A stretch of DNA of 61,442 bases from Chloroflexota bacterium. Lineage in GTDB: Bacteria; Chloroflexota; Anaerolineae; Anaerolineales; UBA4823. Of the stretch, positions 47,607 through 58,198 are shown one piece after another. The position numbers were made by a program, and so were the translations under genes. The stretch covers positions 1 to 61,442 of the forward strand of contig JAUWPO010000001.1 in NCBI GenBank assembly GCA_030611505.1, written 5' to 3'. Numbering within the stretch: position 1 is the first letter of the stretch; each line of letters begins with the position of its first letter. The notes under the pieces were generated by a model. It did not search any database and was not told the DNA's origin. It worked only from the letters and a program-made list of their open reading frames with translations.

Positions 47607-48809
47607 TCACTCCATTGTGAGCACTTCACGGATTCTTAAAAGCGCCCAATCAATCGTCTCCCGGTCAATTATTAATGGAGGGGCGAAACGAATTACATTT
47701 TCATGAGTTTCTTTTGCTAGAATAAATTTGGCCTGTAATTCTTCACAAAATCGACGTGCCCCTCCGGCTTTTGTTTTCAATTCAACGCCAATCAATAATC
47801 CTTTGCCGCGGACTTCCTTAACATGCCGGCTTGGAATCTCGGCTAATTGTTCGTTAAAGTATTCTCCCATCCCGGCAGCGTTTTGCACCAGATTTTCATC
47901 TTGGATCACTCGTAAGGCAGCACGTGCGATTGCTGCCCCTAAAGGATTACCCCCGAATGTAGAACCGTGTTCACCAGGATTAAAAAGACCTAATAAATTA
48001 CGATCGGCTAATACCGCAGATATGGGATAGAAACCCCCAGAAAACGCTTTTCCAATTATTAATACATCGGGACGTATATTCTCATGATCGCACGCGAACA
48101 TTTTTCCTGTCCGCCCTAATCCGGTTTGGATTTCGTCTGCGATGAGAAGGATATTATTTTCATCGGAGATTTCTCGCAGCCTTTGCAGATAACCATTGGG
48201 AGGCACTATAACCCCAGCCTCTCCTTGAATTGGTTCAACGAGGATAGCTGCGGTGTTTTGTGTGATGGCATTTTCAAGAACTTGCGCGTCACCAAATGGA
48301 ACTTCTACAAAACCGGGTGTGAAAGGACCGAAATCCTCTTTATACAACTTCTCGGTTGAAAAGGAAATAACCGATAAAGTTCTACCGTGGAAATTATTTT
48401 GACATGTGATAATCTCCGCCTGGTAGCGCGGGACACCTTTTACTTGGTAAGCCCATTTACGAGCAAGCTTGATCGCTGTCTCTACCGCCTCGGCTCCGCT
48501 GTTCATAGGTAGTGACATTTCGTAACCGGTCAATTCGGAGAGCTCTTTGTAAAGAAGTGGCAGTTGGTCATTGCGAAACGCCCGTGATGTTAATGTGAGT
48601 TTTGAAGCTTGATTACACATGGCATCTAAGATCTGTGGGTGTACATGACCTTGGTTAAGTGCTGAATAAGCACTTAAGCAGTCCAGAAAGCGGTTTCCTT
48701 GGATATCGTAGACCCAAACGCCTTCACCATGTGAAATCACCACGTCCAATGGATTATATATATTTGCTCCGTGTTGATCTTCTAGCTCTATGTATTGCTG
48801 TGCATTCAT
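47607..48809 (-). CDS. rocD: Ornithine aminotransferase (class III PLP aminotransferase)
   Basis: LDCLSAYSALNQGHVHPQI, ADEIQTGLGRTGK and IIGKAFSGG (PLP-Lys). Start set at ATG 48809 (MNAQQYIELED...). Confidence 0.8.
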   Translation of the reverse strand: MNAQQYIELEDQHGANIYNPLDVVISHGEGVWVYDIQGNRFLDCLSAYSALNQGHVHPQILDAMCNQASKLTLTSRAFRNDQLPLLYKELSELTGYEMSLPMNSGAEAVETAIKLARKWAYQVKGVPRYQAEIITCQNNFHGRTLSVISFSTEKLYKEDFGPFTPGFVEVPFGDAQVLENAITQNTAAILVEPIQGEAGVIVPPNGYLQRLREISDENNILLIADEIQTGLGRTGKMFACDHENIRPDVLIIGKAFSGGFYPISAVLADRNLLGLFNPGEHGSTFGGNPLGAAIARAALRVIQDENLVQNAAGMGEYFNEQLAEIPSRHVKEVRGKGLLIGVELKTKAGGARRFCEELQAKFILAKETHENVIRFAPPLIIDRETIDWALLRIREVLTME

Positions 48810-48855
48810 TGAGATCCGGATTCTCCTTTTTAGTCTTTTAAAATAAGCAAAATAA

Positions 48856-49422
48856 CTATGCAGCTGCTTGCATTTTATAGAATAAAAGTAGTGTGCTGCC
48901 GTATTTCCTCTGATCAAATTCGACAAGTCGTTCTAATTCAATACTTTGATATTCTACAGGATGGATTTGGGCGATAACCCAAGCGTCGCATGAGAGCCAT
49001 TTTGGATTAGAATCCAGTAGAAATAAGGAACGCCTCCATAGATCTTTATATTGAGGAGGGGCGATATAAATATAATCAAACGCCTGAGAAGTAGCTTGTT
49101 CAAGCAGCTTGAAAGCATCATGTTTCAGGATTTTTACGTTTTTATCAAGACCTGTATCGTGTAAATTTATTTTGACTGTATTAATTGCGCGTTGGCTCTT
49201 GTCGACAAAGAGTACAAGCTTTGCCCCACGACTGAGGGCTTCAATCCCGACACTTCCGGTGCCGGCAAATAAATCTAACAAAGTTGAATCAATAATATCC
49301 GCTCCAATAATGTTGAACAGTGATTCTTTCGTGCGATCAGTTATTGGGCGTGTTGAATCGCCTGGTACAGAACGCAGATTGTGCCCTTTTGCCTTACCTG
49401 CAATGACTCGTAAACCGCCCAT
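48856..49422 (-). CDS. rsmD: 16S rRNA (guanine966-N2)-methyltransferase RsmD family
   Basis: RPITDRTKESLFNII, DLFAGTGSVGIEALSRGA and IYIAPPQY. Confidence 0.8.
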   Translation of the reverse strand: MGGLRVIAGKAKGHNLRSVPGDSTRPITDRTKESLFNIIGADIIDSTLLDLFAGTGSVGIEALSRGAKLVLFVDKSQRAINTVKINLHDTGLDKNVKILKHDAFKLLEQATSQAFDYIYIAPPQYKDLWRRSLFLLDSNPKWLSCDAWVIAQIHPVEYQSIELERLVEFDQRKYGSTLLLFYKMQAAA

Positions 49423-49483
49423 GATGTCTTATTTCTAATATTTAATAATACGACTAGCTTTTGATTGGTTTAATTTATATTGT

Positions 49484-50473
49484 TCAGAACCGACTTCGCT
49501 CGACACTACTTCTAGCCGCGATAATATTTCCGTATGGTGCTGTTATGGGCACAACACATCCGGTCCCCAGGATAAATCGTTTCCCTGAAGTCGCCGCAAT
49601 GGCTTGCTCGGCTTCCGCGGTTACACCCTCCGGAGTACTGAGGACCAACGTGGTCTCACGACGTATTCCACCGCAAATTACACCAGAATAAAGTTCCTGA
49701 GCTTGATTCAAATCAGGATATGTTTCACGGTCATGCCAATTGATCACAGCGACGGGGTAATCAATGAATGTGTTAAACATGATCTCAATTCCATGAATGT
49801 GAAGCATGTTCAACCACATTTCCTGGGCTGATTCCAGGATCTGCAAATCATAGTTAACACCAAATGTAGAGTATTCCTCTTCTGCGAGTAAGCCGTGTTG
49901 AGCATGTTGTACAGCGAAAAAAATTCCGGCGATGCCTGTCAGTTTAATCTCTTCAATGAAACGACGGGTGGATTCAGTGATGGTTTTTAAACCGGCGTGA
50001 AGTGCATCCGGGTAGCGGCGCATATGGACGAGCAGATTTTCCTTGCCAACCAGGTTTTTTGCCTGAGAAAGTGGATTAAATATGGTTTGAATCATTGGGG
50101 TCGCAGGACCAAGTTCGTTGAAAAGCAGCCGTAAGCAGGATATTTGCTGATCTAGGAAACCCTCATCTGGGTTCAAGATTGGCAGGCGTGACCAGTCATC
50201 GGGGTGATTTATCACCCGTTTTGTATATTCCCGGGTCCCCTCTGCTGCCCCTCTCCATTCATCCTCAACTCCCCATTCTTTGAGGCAAAAAGTAGAAGAA
50301 GGTGTTACTTTTACAATATCGAAATCAAAATTACGTTGAAAAGAAAGGGTAGCGCTGGCCAATCCTCCAGGGGTTTGGTCATCCACTGGAAAATGACGCC
50401 ATAAAGCTATTGGAACACGATCAAGATTTCCCTTAGACAAGCACTCCTCGATTCGTTCGCGATGGGATATCAT
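49484..50473 (-). CDS. Uroporphyrinogen decarboxylase (URO-D)-family protein (MtaA/CmuA-like)
   Basis: MISHRERIEECLSKGNLDRVPIALWRHFP... N-terminus and overall length fit the URO-D fold. The substrate is unknown. Confidence 0.6.
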   Translation of the reverse strand: MISHRERIEECLSKGNLDRVPIALWRHFPVDDQTPGGLASATLSFQRNFDFDIVKVTPSSTFCLKEWGVEDEWRGAAEGTREYTKRVINHPDDWSRLPILNPDEGFLDQQISCLRLLFNELGPATPMIQTIFNPLSQAKNLVGKENLLVHMRRYPDALHAGLKTITESTRRFIEEIKLTGIAGIFFAVQHAQHGLLAEEEYSTFGVNYDLQILESAQEMWLNMLHIHGIEIMFNTFIDYPVAVINWHDRETYPDLNQAQELYSGVICGGIRRETTLVLSTPEGVTAEAEQAIAATSGKRFILGTGCVVPITAPYGNIIAARSSVERSRF

Positions 50474-50543
50474 TCCAGATCCTCCAACTACAATATATTT
50501 TGTTTAGAACAAGCGGATTCATTTTGTTTATGGTTCATATCGA

Positions 50544-51005
50544 TCACTCTACATCGCCGTATGTCCAATAGCGGTTAATAAAGAAATTCCAGAACATTAC
50601 AATTATCACGGCAATTGCCAGCGTGACGTTATAGCTTAATAACTTAACGCTGGAGTACGGGATTCCATAAGGTAGATGAGAAAAGGCACTGTTTAGAACG
50701 GGTTCTAATAATGCAAGTGTGGGAATGCGGATAGCCATTCCGATAACGCTCACAACCGTGAATTCTAGAAGCTGCCTTATGATTGGTTTAGAACGTGAAT
50801 CTGGGTAGGTCCAATATCGATTCCACATAAAATTACTGAAAATAGCAGCAATAAATGAGATCGTACCAGCAATTACGAGAGATACTCCGAAGAAGGCAAC
50901 CAGCAAATTCATCACACCAAAATCAACGATCGCCCCAATAACGCCCACAACGGAAAATTTTAAAAAGCGTGTACGCTCCCGTGAATTAGTAATAATCGAG
51001 GTCAT
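50544..51005 (-). CDS. GtrA-family membrane protein
   Basis: [23 protein letters not shown]...[10 protein letters not shown]...FFINRYWTY. Start ATG 51005 overlaps the upstream stop (ATGA). Confidence 0.75.
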   Translation of the reverse strand: MTSIITNSRERTRFLKFSVVGVIGAIVDFGVMNLLVAFFGVSLVIAGTISFIAAIFSNFMWNRYWTYPDSRSKPIIRQLLEFTVVSVIGMAIRIPTLALLEPVLNSAFSHLPYGIPYSSVKLLSYNVTLAIAVIIVMFWNFFINRYWTYGDVE

Positions 51006-51961
51006 GCCAGGCCCAATTTTCCCTGGAAATATGGTGTTGTACGCTGGATGCCTTCTTCCAAAGAGATATGGGGTTCCCAATTAAGATTGTTTCTGGCGCG
51101 TGATATGTCTGGTCTCCTGCGTTGAGGGTCGCTTGGACCCCTCTTCCTTTCGAAGCTCACGATGCCTGCCGAATTATTTGTAAGGCTGTTGATAATTAAA
51201 GCTAGATCATGGATGCTCGTTTCTATTGGATTACCTATATTGATGGGTTCATGCTCCTCGGAGATTAGCAAGCGATAAATGCCATCGACCATGTCATCTA
51301 CATAACAGAAACTACGTGTTTGGACACCGTCCCCGTATACAGTAAGTGGTTCCAGGCGAAGGGCTTGTTGTATAAAATTCGGTACAACACGCCCATCATC
51401 AATATGCATTCGAGGACCATATGTATTAAATATGCGGGCAATGCGGGTGTCCAAACCGTGAAAGCGGTGATAAGCCATAGTTAATGCTTCGGCGAATCGC
51501 TTAGCCTCATCGTAAACCGACCGTTTTCCAATTGGGTCGACATGTCCCCAATAAGATTCGGTCTGGGGATGTTCAAGCGGATCACCGTAGATTTCGCTGG
51601 TTGAAGCTAATAAGAAACGAGCGTCGTTCGCCCTTGCAATTCCAAGTGTGTTGTGAGTACCCAATGCACCGGCTTTCATCGTCTGGATTGGGAGATTGAT
51701 ATAACCCAGGGGAGAGCTTTCGTTGGGACTTGCCGGGGAAGCGAAGTGTAATACAGCGTCCACACTACCTGGAACGAAGATAAAGTTGGATACATCGTGC
51801 CGGATAAACAGAAAATTTTGGTTACCTGCTAGATGAGCCAAGTTTTCAGAATTTCCCGTTATGAAATTATCCATTCCAACAACCTGGTGACCTTCTCTCA
51901 AAAGTCGATCACACAGGTGAGAACCGAGAAATCCGGCAGCTCCGGTGATAAGTACTCTCAT
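51002..51961 (-). CDS. UDP-glucuronate decarboxylase (UDP-xylose synthase)-like SDR
   Basis: [29 protein letters not shown] and YDEAKRFAE (YxxxK). Confidence 0.8.
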   Translation of the reverse strand: MRVLITGAAGFLGSHLCDRLLREGHQVVGMDNFITGNSENLAHLAGNQNFLFIRHDVSNFIFVPGSVDAVLHFASPASPNESSPLGYINLPIQTMKAGALGTHNTLGIARANDARFLLASTSEIYGDPLEHPQTESYWGHVDPIGKRSVYDEAKRFAEALTMAYHRFHGLDTRIARIFNTYGPRMHIDDGRVVPNFIQQALRLEPLTVYGDGVQTRSFCYVDDMVDGIYRLLISEEHEPINIGNPIETSIHDLALIINSLTNNSAGIVSFERKRGPSDPQRRRPDISRARNNLNWEPHISLEEGIQRTTPYFQGKLGLA

Positions 51962-52081
51962 AAAAAAATCCCTTTATTAAATTCGACTAACTGCATTTAA
52001 ACCTGATTTGAGATGATGTGTGAATGGTATAATCTCAACCCGGATTTGCAATATATTAAATGTTTCTTCTGGATTGCGGTA

Positions 52082-52675
52082 TTATCTTGTGTATCCGCTA
52101 ATAATCATTTGACCATTATTTATTGTGATTTGTTCAATCACTACATTCTGATTGGCAGGGAGAATTTGGGTTACTAGTATCGAATCCATCATTGAGGTTA
52201 ACTGGTCAAGAAAACTCTCCGGTAGTTGGAAAGGTCCAATAGAGGCCGAAACAATTTCGGATTCTGGTTTTCCACTGCCATCAACATATAATTTTAGTAA
52301 GATCGTTAAAGGTAAATTAATGTTGTTTTGTTCTACATCTCCCGTGATTCTTACTCGACCATCACGCAAATAGATTTGAACGTTTTGGATTTGATATTCC
52401 TGGTATGATTGAAGTTCATAATTTGCATAAGATGTCAATTGTGATTCAGTTACAATTAATTGGAAAGGTCCTCCATTTTGAATGTCTTCAATTACGGATT
52501 GGATATTATCATCAAGGTTTTGAACAGATTCGGTAGTCACTGGTATCGCCCCAACTTCTTCTGGGGCTGGTTGATTAACCCCAGGGAAATTACAAGCTAA
52601 ACTTATGACCATCGGGACTGCAATAATTAAAAGTAGGATTTTCCTTTGTTCACCAAATCTCATTTTGAGCTCCAT
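52082..52675 (-). CDS. Hypothetical secreted lipoprotein
   Basis: Signal peptide with lipobox (ILLLIIAVPMVISLAC). No recognisable domain. Confidence 0.4.
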   Translation of the reverse strand: MELKMRFGEQRKILLLIIAVPMVISLACNFPGVNQPAPEEVGAIPVTTESVQNLDDNIQSVIEDIQNGGPFQLIVTESQLTSYANYELQSYQEYQIQNVQIYLRDGRVRITGDVEQNNINLPLTILLKLYVDGSGKPESEIVSASIGPFQLPESFLDQLTSMMDSILVTQILPANQNVVIEQITINNGQMIISGYTR

Positions 52676-52727
52676 TTTATTTTTAGTCTCCAGTTTTGAA
52701 TAAATTAGTGGAGAATTTTATCATAGC

Positions 52728-53306
52728 ATGAATGACTCTTCTTTGGTAGAGGTTGATCTGACAGTTCAAGCAAGCTTGGAGGCTTTGTTATTTGTCGCTT
52801 CAATGCCCGTATCTATAGCTCAATTAGCTGAAGCACTAGATTTACCACGTGCTGAGGTTGAAAATGGGTTGAAAGATCTGCAATCAGAATATTCAAATAA
52901 TTCAGATAGTGGTCTGCGTTTACAACGCCATCGCGGGCGCTTCCAGTTGACAACAACTCCCCAAGCAGCATCTTTCATAGAACGGTTCTTAGGGATTGAG
53001 CAGAGTGGTCGGTTGAGCCACGCTGCAATTGAAACTTTGTCAATTGTTCTATACCTTCAGCCGGTTACTCGCCCTCAATTAGAAGCTATTCGTGGTGTCA
53101 ACAGCGATGGTGTCGTTAAAAACCTTTTGAGAAAGGGGCTGATTCAAGAGGAAGGTCGCTCTGTTTCGCCTGGACGACCAATCATATATTCGACTACCCC
53201 AGAACTGCTGCAACATTTTGGAATCAATGCTGTTGATGAACTTCCACCAATAGATTTGGGGGACTCAGATGAAGGTCTTTTCCCCGACTCTAATGATCGG
53301 ATGTGA
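52728..53306 (+). CDS. scpB: Segregation and condensation protein B
   Basis: LEALLFVASMPVSIAQLAEAL... and RPQLEAIRGVNSDGVVKNLLRKGLI...GRPIIYSTT winged-helix pair. Confidence 0.85.
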   Translation: MNDSSLVEVDLTVQASLEALLFVASMPVSIAQLAEALDLPRAEVENGLKDLQSEYSNNSDSGLRLQRHRGRFQLTTTPQAASFIERFLGIEQSGRLSHAAIETLSIVLYLQPVTRPQLEAIRGVNSDGVVKNLLRKGLIQEEGRSVSPGRPIIYSTTPELLQHFGINAVDELPPIDLGDSDEGLFPDSNDRM

Positions 53307-53315
53307 TACAAGATA

Positions 53316-54068
53316 ATGCCAGACGAAAGATTGCAGAAAGTGCTCGCTAGGGCGGGAATCGGATCTCGTCGAGCCTGTGAGGTGATAATCGATGCAGGAC
53401 GTGTGCAGGTTAACAATAAAACTTCCAAGCTTGGAGATAAGATCAACCCGGAACGAGATCTAATTGTGATTGACGGCAAAACATTGAAGATTAAGAATAA
53501 CTTCATCTATATCGCTTTAAATAAGCCGCGAGGAGTCTTATCAACGGTAAAATCCAATGATCCAAGACCAAATGTACGTGATCTTGTCGATCTGCCAGAT
53601 CGTTTTTATCCTGTAGGGAGACTGGATGTTGATAGTGAGGGATTGATTCTGTTAACAAATGATGGTGAGTTAACAAATTTCTTGACACACCCACGTTACG
53701 GGCATGAGAAGGAATACCGGGTGCTCGTTGTACGGCGACCGGATAAGGAACAACTGGGATTATGGCGGCGGGGTGTGGTGCTTGAAGATGGATATCGAAC
53801 CAAACCTGCTAAAGTTCGAGTTGAATCGAATGCTGGTAGTGCTGTTTGGCTGAGAGTGATTATGCGGGAGGGTCATAAGCGCCAGATTCGAAGGGTAGGA
53901 GCAATTATCGGTTTGCCGGTCGAGAAGATTATTCGCATTCGTATAGGTAGTCTGAAGTTGGGTAGTTTGATGAAACGGGAGTGGCGTTATTTAGACAAAG
54001 GTGAGGTATATGCGTTGAAGAGAGAGGCTGGAATTAGGAATGCCAATGCAGAACACTTTAGAGAATAA
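53316..54068 (+). CDS. rluB: Pseudouridine synthase, RsuA/RluB family, with an S4 domain
   Basis: ERLQKVLARAGIGSRRACE (S4 domain) and GRLDVDSEGLILLTNDG (catalytic Asp motif). Confidence 0.85.
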   Translation: MPDERLQKVLARAGIGSRRACEVIIDAGRVQVNNKTSKLGDKINPERDLIVIDGKTLKIKNNFIYIALNKPRGVLSTVKSNDPRPNVRDLVDLPDRFYPVGRLDVDSEGLILLTNDGELTNFLTHPRYGHEKEYRVLVVRRPDKEQLGLWRRGVVLEDGYRTKPAKVRVESNAGSAVWLRVIMREGHKRQIRRVGAIIGLPVEKIIRIRIGSLKLGSLMKREWRYLDKGEVYALKREAGIRNANAEHFRE

Positions 54069-57000
54069 AACCTCCTGGTTGGATCGTTCTTTACTCGATA
54101 AGTCCGTAATATCAGTAGAAATTCTCTTGTTCGTTTTAATATTGATTCTGGCTGTTGTAAGTCGCTTTTATAACCTTGAGGCTCGAGTTATGAGCCATGA
54201 TGAAAATTCTCATGTGTATTATTCTTGGCGGCTATTTCGTGGACAGGGTTTCGCTCATGATCCATTGATGCATGGCCCGTTGCAATTTCATATGCTGGCT
54301 CTCTCATACTTTGTGTTTGGGGATGGAGACTTTACAGCCAGAATACCTGCAGCTCTATTCAGCATTGCGACTGTCGCATTCATGTGGAATTATCGTCGTT
54401 ATCTGGGTCGTATCGGAGCTCTGGTCGCCGCGGTTCTGATGTTGATCTCACCCTACATGCTTTATTATGGGCGATATGTGCGCAACGAGGCGTATGTTGC
54501 CTTTTTGGGCGTCGTCACAATATGGGCAATACTTCGATATTTGGAATCTGGAAAGGCTCGTTATTTGTACTGGCTTACTGCCGTAACAGCTTTACATTTT
54601 ACCGCAAAGGAAACATCCTTCATTTACACTGCCCAGGCGTTGATATTCTTGCTGTTTTATTTTGTATATCAGATTTATCGGAAACCCTGGAAGGACTCAA
54701 AGAGCAGGAATTTATTCCTCGTTACACTAACTTTAGGTATGCTTTTTATATTTGTTGCTGGAGCTTTATTACTTAATGGTGAAGGTCTTAACCTGAATGC
54801 AACGGAAGTAGTTTCGCCTGCTGCGCCTACCCAGGAAATAGAACAGCTTGAACCAAACGTATCTCTCACTTTACCAATCACGTTGGCAATACTGGGTGGA
54901 TTATCGATGATATTATCCATGTTATTTTTGATACGTGGATACACCATCAGCAATATTAAAAAAGAGCGATCTTTTGATATGCTGATTTTATTGGGCACCC
55001 TGGTTCTCCCTCAATTGAGCGCCTTTCCGGCGCGTTTAATGGGGTGGAATATTCCAACGAATGCCTCTGAAGTTCAAGCATTCGCAACCGTTGATATATT
55101 GCACATGGCTTTCTTCTTTATACCGTTCGTTGTAGTATCGGTATTGATTGGATTATGGTGGAATTCGCGTCGATGGCTTATTAACGCCGCAATCTTTTAT
55201 GGGATATTCACAGTTTTATATACTACTGTGTTCACTAACGGGGCGGGGTTCTTTACGGGTATGGTTGGTTCACTCGGTTACTGGTTGGAGCAGCAAGGTG
55301 TTAATCGAGGCAGTCAGCCTTTGTACTATTATTGGCTGGTACAGATACCCATTTACGAATACCTGCCTGCATTGGGAACCGTTCTTCTAATTGGGATGTT
55401 GGTATTAAAAAGGTTGGTTTTGCCAACAAAGCAAGAAGACGCTGCTCTTGAAGAGGAAAACAATAAAAAAATCTCCATTTCGCAAGATAACAATACAAAA
55501 AAAGCCTCTGTTTTTGCGTTTCTAATTTTCTGGGCTTTAACTAGTTTAGTCGCCTATACGTTCGCTGGGGAAAAAATGCCCTGGCTGACCGTCCATATAG
55601 CTTGGCCGCTGATTTTGTGCGCAGGCTGGTTTTTCGGGCGTTTGATCGAGGCTATAGATTGGAACGGTTTTCGAAAGTCTAAAGGTTGGCTGGTGATCGC
55701 TATATTGGTGATTTTCCTATTCAGCTTCCTGGCAGCACTGGGTTCCTTATTGGGGACCAATCCACCTTTTCAAGGAAAGGAGCTGGAGCAGTTAAGTGCT
55801 ACGAGTACATTTATGGTCAGCTTTCTTACTTCGATAGCAAGTGGTATCGGTTTGATCTATTTACTTAAATCGTGGTCGTTCACTCAAATTGTCCTTGTAG
55901 TGGCTTTAATTTCATTCACTTTCTTAGGAATCCTAACAGCCAGGACAGCGATCCAGGCGACTTATATTAATTATGATAATGCGAATGAACTATTAGTATA
56001 CGCACATTCAGCAGGCGGTGTTAAAGTTGCGCTTGAACAGATCGAAGAGATCTCCCAAAGGACCACGGATGGACTTGCGCTTTCAGTAGCCTACGATAAC
56101 GAGACTTCATACCCTTATTGGTGGTATTTACGCAACTATAACAACGCCAGATATTACGGTGCTGACCCAACTCGAAGCTTACGTGAAGTCCCGGTTATCC
56201 TGGTCGGCGATGCCAACTATGGAAAAATAGAACCCGTAGTCGGTCAGGCGTATAACCGATTCGATTACATACGTTTGTGGTGGCCAAACCAAGATTATTT
56301 TAATCTCACCTGGGATAGGATCATCAACGCTTTGCGCGACCCCAGTATGCGCGCAGCGCTTTTCCAAATATGGTTCAATAGAGATTACTCATTATATGGA
56401 GAAGTTACCAATAAAGATATGGACTTGACCAATTGGTCTCCGTCTGCAAGTATGCGTCTGTACATACGCAAGGATGTCGTCAACCAGTTGTGGAATTATG
56501 GGGCGACTCCTTCGCTGGAACCAATTCAGGCTGATCCTTATGAAGGAAAAGAGGTCAAGCTTACAGCCAATCGTACCTTCGGCAGCCAAGGAGATCAAGC
56601 AAGTCAATTTCAGCGGCCTCGCGGGGTTGCAGTCGCGGGTGATGGCAGCATCTATGTTGCGGACACAGAGAACAATCGTATACAACACCTGACACCGGAT
56701 GGAAAAATTCTACACGTGTGGGGAAAGTTTGGTGACACAACTACGGGTAATGCTCCAGGCGGTACATTTAATCAACCTTGGGGATTGGATGTTGGACCCG
56801 ATGGCTCTGTTTTTGTCGCTGATACCTGGAATCACCGTATTCAGAAATTTTCATCTGAAGGAAAATTTCTGAAAATGTGGGGATATTTCGGACAGGCGGA
56901 AGGACCGAATGCTCTTTGGGGACCAAGAGATGTGGCTGTCGATCAAGAAGGAAATGTCTTTGTGACGGACACTGGAAATAAGCGTGTCGTAGTATTCGAT

Positions 57001-57453
57001 TTAGATGGAAATCACATAACTCAATTTGGTGGAGCGGGAATGGCACCCGGTCAATTTGATGAACCTGTTGGAATTGCGGTTGATAAAACGGGCAACGTTT
57101 ATGTCGTTGATACCTGGAACCGAAGAATTCAAGTGTTCTCTCGCTTTGAAGATTCTACATATATACCTGAAACTGAGTGGGAGGTGGTAGCTTGGTTTGG
57201 TCAATCTCTAGATAATAAACCGTATATCGATGTGAACGAAGAAGGGATGGTATTCACAACAGATCCCGAGGGGTATAGAGTATTGCAATTTACCCAGGAA
57301 GGAGATTTTGTTCAATTTTGGGGAGATTTTGGAACAGAGTTGGATAGTTTTGGAATACCGGTGGGGATTGGTGTAGATTTGAACGGCGATGTGTGGGTAA
57401 GTGATGCTGGAAATAACCGCATTATGCACTTCTCCTTGGAAACGTCGCCATAG
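54040..57453 (+). CDS. Giant membrane protein: N-terminal GT-C/PMT-like polytopic domain fused to a C-terminal NHL-repeat beta-propeller
   Basis: About 15 hydrophobic helices, then at least 5 NHL-type repeats: PRGVAVAGDGSIYVADTENNRIQ, PWGLDVGPDGSVFVADTWNHRIQKF, PRDVAVDQEGNVFVTDTGNKRVVVF, PVGIAVDKTGNVYVVDTWNRRIQVF, PVGIGVDLNGDVWVSDAGNNRIMHF. Confidence 0.65.
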   Translation: MPMQNTLENKTSWLDRSLLDKSVISVEILLFVLILILAVVSRFYNLEARVMSHDENSHVYYSWRLFRGQGFAHDPLMHGPLQFHMLALSYFVFGDGDFTARIPAALFSIATVAFMWNYRRYLGRIGALVAAVLMLISPYMLYYGRYVRNEAYVAFLGVVTIWAILRYLESGKARYLYWLTAVTALHFTAKETSFIYTAQALIFLLFYFVYQIYRKPWKDSKSRNLFLVTLTLGMLFIFVAGALLLNGEGLNLNATEVVSPAAPTQEIEQLEPNVSLTLPITLAILGGLSMILSMLFLIRGYTISNIKKERSFDMLILLGTLVLPQLSAFPARLMGWNIPTNASEVQAFATVDILHMAFFFIPFVVVSVLIGLWWNSRRWLINAAIFYGIFTVLYTTVFTNGAGFFTGMVGSLGYWLEQQGVNRGSQPLYYYWLVQIPIYEYLPALGTVLLIGMLVLKRLVLPTKQEDAALEEENNKKISISQDNNTKKASVFAFLIFWALTSLVAYTFAGEKMPWLTVHIAWPLILCAGWFFGRLIEAIDWNGFRKSKGWLVIAILVIFLFSFLAALGSLLGTNPPFQGKELEQLSATSTFMVSFLTSIASGIGLIYLLKSWSFTQIVLVVALISFTFLGILTARTAIQATYINYDNANELLVYAHSAGGVKVALEQIEEISQRTTDGLALSVAYDNETSYPYWWYLRNYNNARYYGADPTRSLREVPVILVGDANYGKIEPVVGQAYNRFDYIRLWWPNQDYFNLTWDRIINALRDPSMRAALFQIWFNRDYSLYGEVTNKDMDLTNWSPSASMRLYIRKDVVNQLWNYGATPSLEPIQADPYEGKEVKLTANRTFGSQGDQASQFQRPRGVAVAGDGSIYVADTENNRIQHLTPDGKILHVWGKFGDTTTGNAPGGTFNQPWGLDVGPDGSVFVADTWNHRIQKFSSEGKFLKMWGYFGQAEGPNALWGPRDVAVDQEGNVFVTDTGNKRVVVFDLDGNHITQFGGAGMAPGQFDEPVGIAVDKTGNVYVVDTWNRRIQVFSRFEDSTYIPETEWEVVAWFGQSLDNKPYIDVNEEGMVFTTDPEGYRVLQFTQEGDFVQFWGDFGTELDSFGIPVGIGVDLNGDVWVSDAGNNRIMHFSLETSP

Positions 57454-57532
57454 ATCGCTCTATATTTATTTTTGAGAAGTACGAACGAGAAAAACTCCGC
57501 AGATTTTCTGGAGTGAATTCATCTCAGTGATG

Positions 57533-57561
57533 TTACAATTGTGGAAAATAAATGCTATAAT
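57533..57561 (+). promoter_or_regulatory. Candidate promoter: TTACAA - 17 nt - extended -10 TGcTATAAT
   Basis: tgctataat at 57553-57561, ttacaa at 57533-57538. It lies about 45 nt upstream of the 57607 ATG. Confidence 0.45.
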
Positions 57562-57606
57562 CAATTATTTATAATTCCCGATATCCAATAACAATAGGAG
57601 ATTGTG

Positions 57607-58134
57607 ATGAGTGATCAGATATATGATAAAGTAGATTCGGACTTGGATCCCTTTAAGAAGATTGCCAGTAAGATTCCCGGTTTTGGTGGCTACATAGAGC
57701 GTCAAAAGAGGCGCGACTCTGATAAGTTGCTGAGGGAGACCATTGCGGATCGATTTGACCAGCAATATCAGCGCATATCATCCTTGCAGCGTGATCTAAT
57801 AAGTGAAGGTGAAATTGGATACGTAGACGATCTTGAAGCATCAGCGATCAAGCTGCGCACATTTTCTGATCGAGTGAGGCGTGCAACCCGAGGATATTCG
57901 GGGTTGTTTGATGCTGTAAAAATTAATGAGGAAGAACTGGCGCTGCTGTACCAATACGACGCGCAAATGTTGGATCTTGTTGATGAAGTAAGCCGGGCGA
58001 TAGATAATGTGGAAGCTTCAATTGGAAGTGACGGTTTATCGGCCTCTATCCGGCATCTTACAAGTGTTTCACAGCAATGTATAGATGTGTATGATAGGCG
58101 TGAAGAGGTGATTTTAGGGATTGATATTAGTTGA
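57607..58134 (+). CDS. Hypothetical all-helical 175-aa protein
   Basis: AGGAG lies 6 nt upstream of ATG 57607. The protein is charged and looks helical, with no motif I recognise. It lies 64 nt upstream of the SPFH-like gene. Confidence 0.5.
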   Translation: MSDQIYDKVDSDLDPFKKIASKIPGFGGYIERQKRRDSDKLLRETIADRFDQQYQRISSLQRDLISEGEIGYVDDLEASAIKLRTFSDRVRRATRGYSGLFDAVKINEEELALLYQYDAQMLDLVDEVSRAIDNVEASIGSDGLSASIRHLTSVSQQCIDVYDRREEVILGIDIS

Positions 58135-58198
58135 CAAAACATCTTTTATTTTAGCTTAGAATTATTAATCAATAGTAATTACCGTAGGAGAGAATAAA

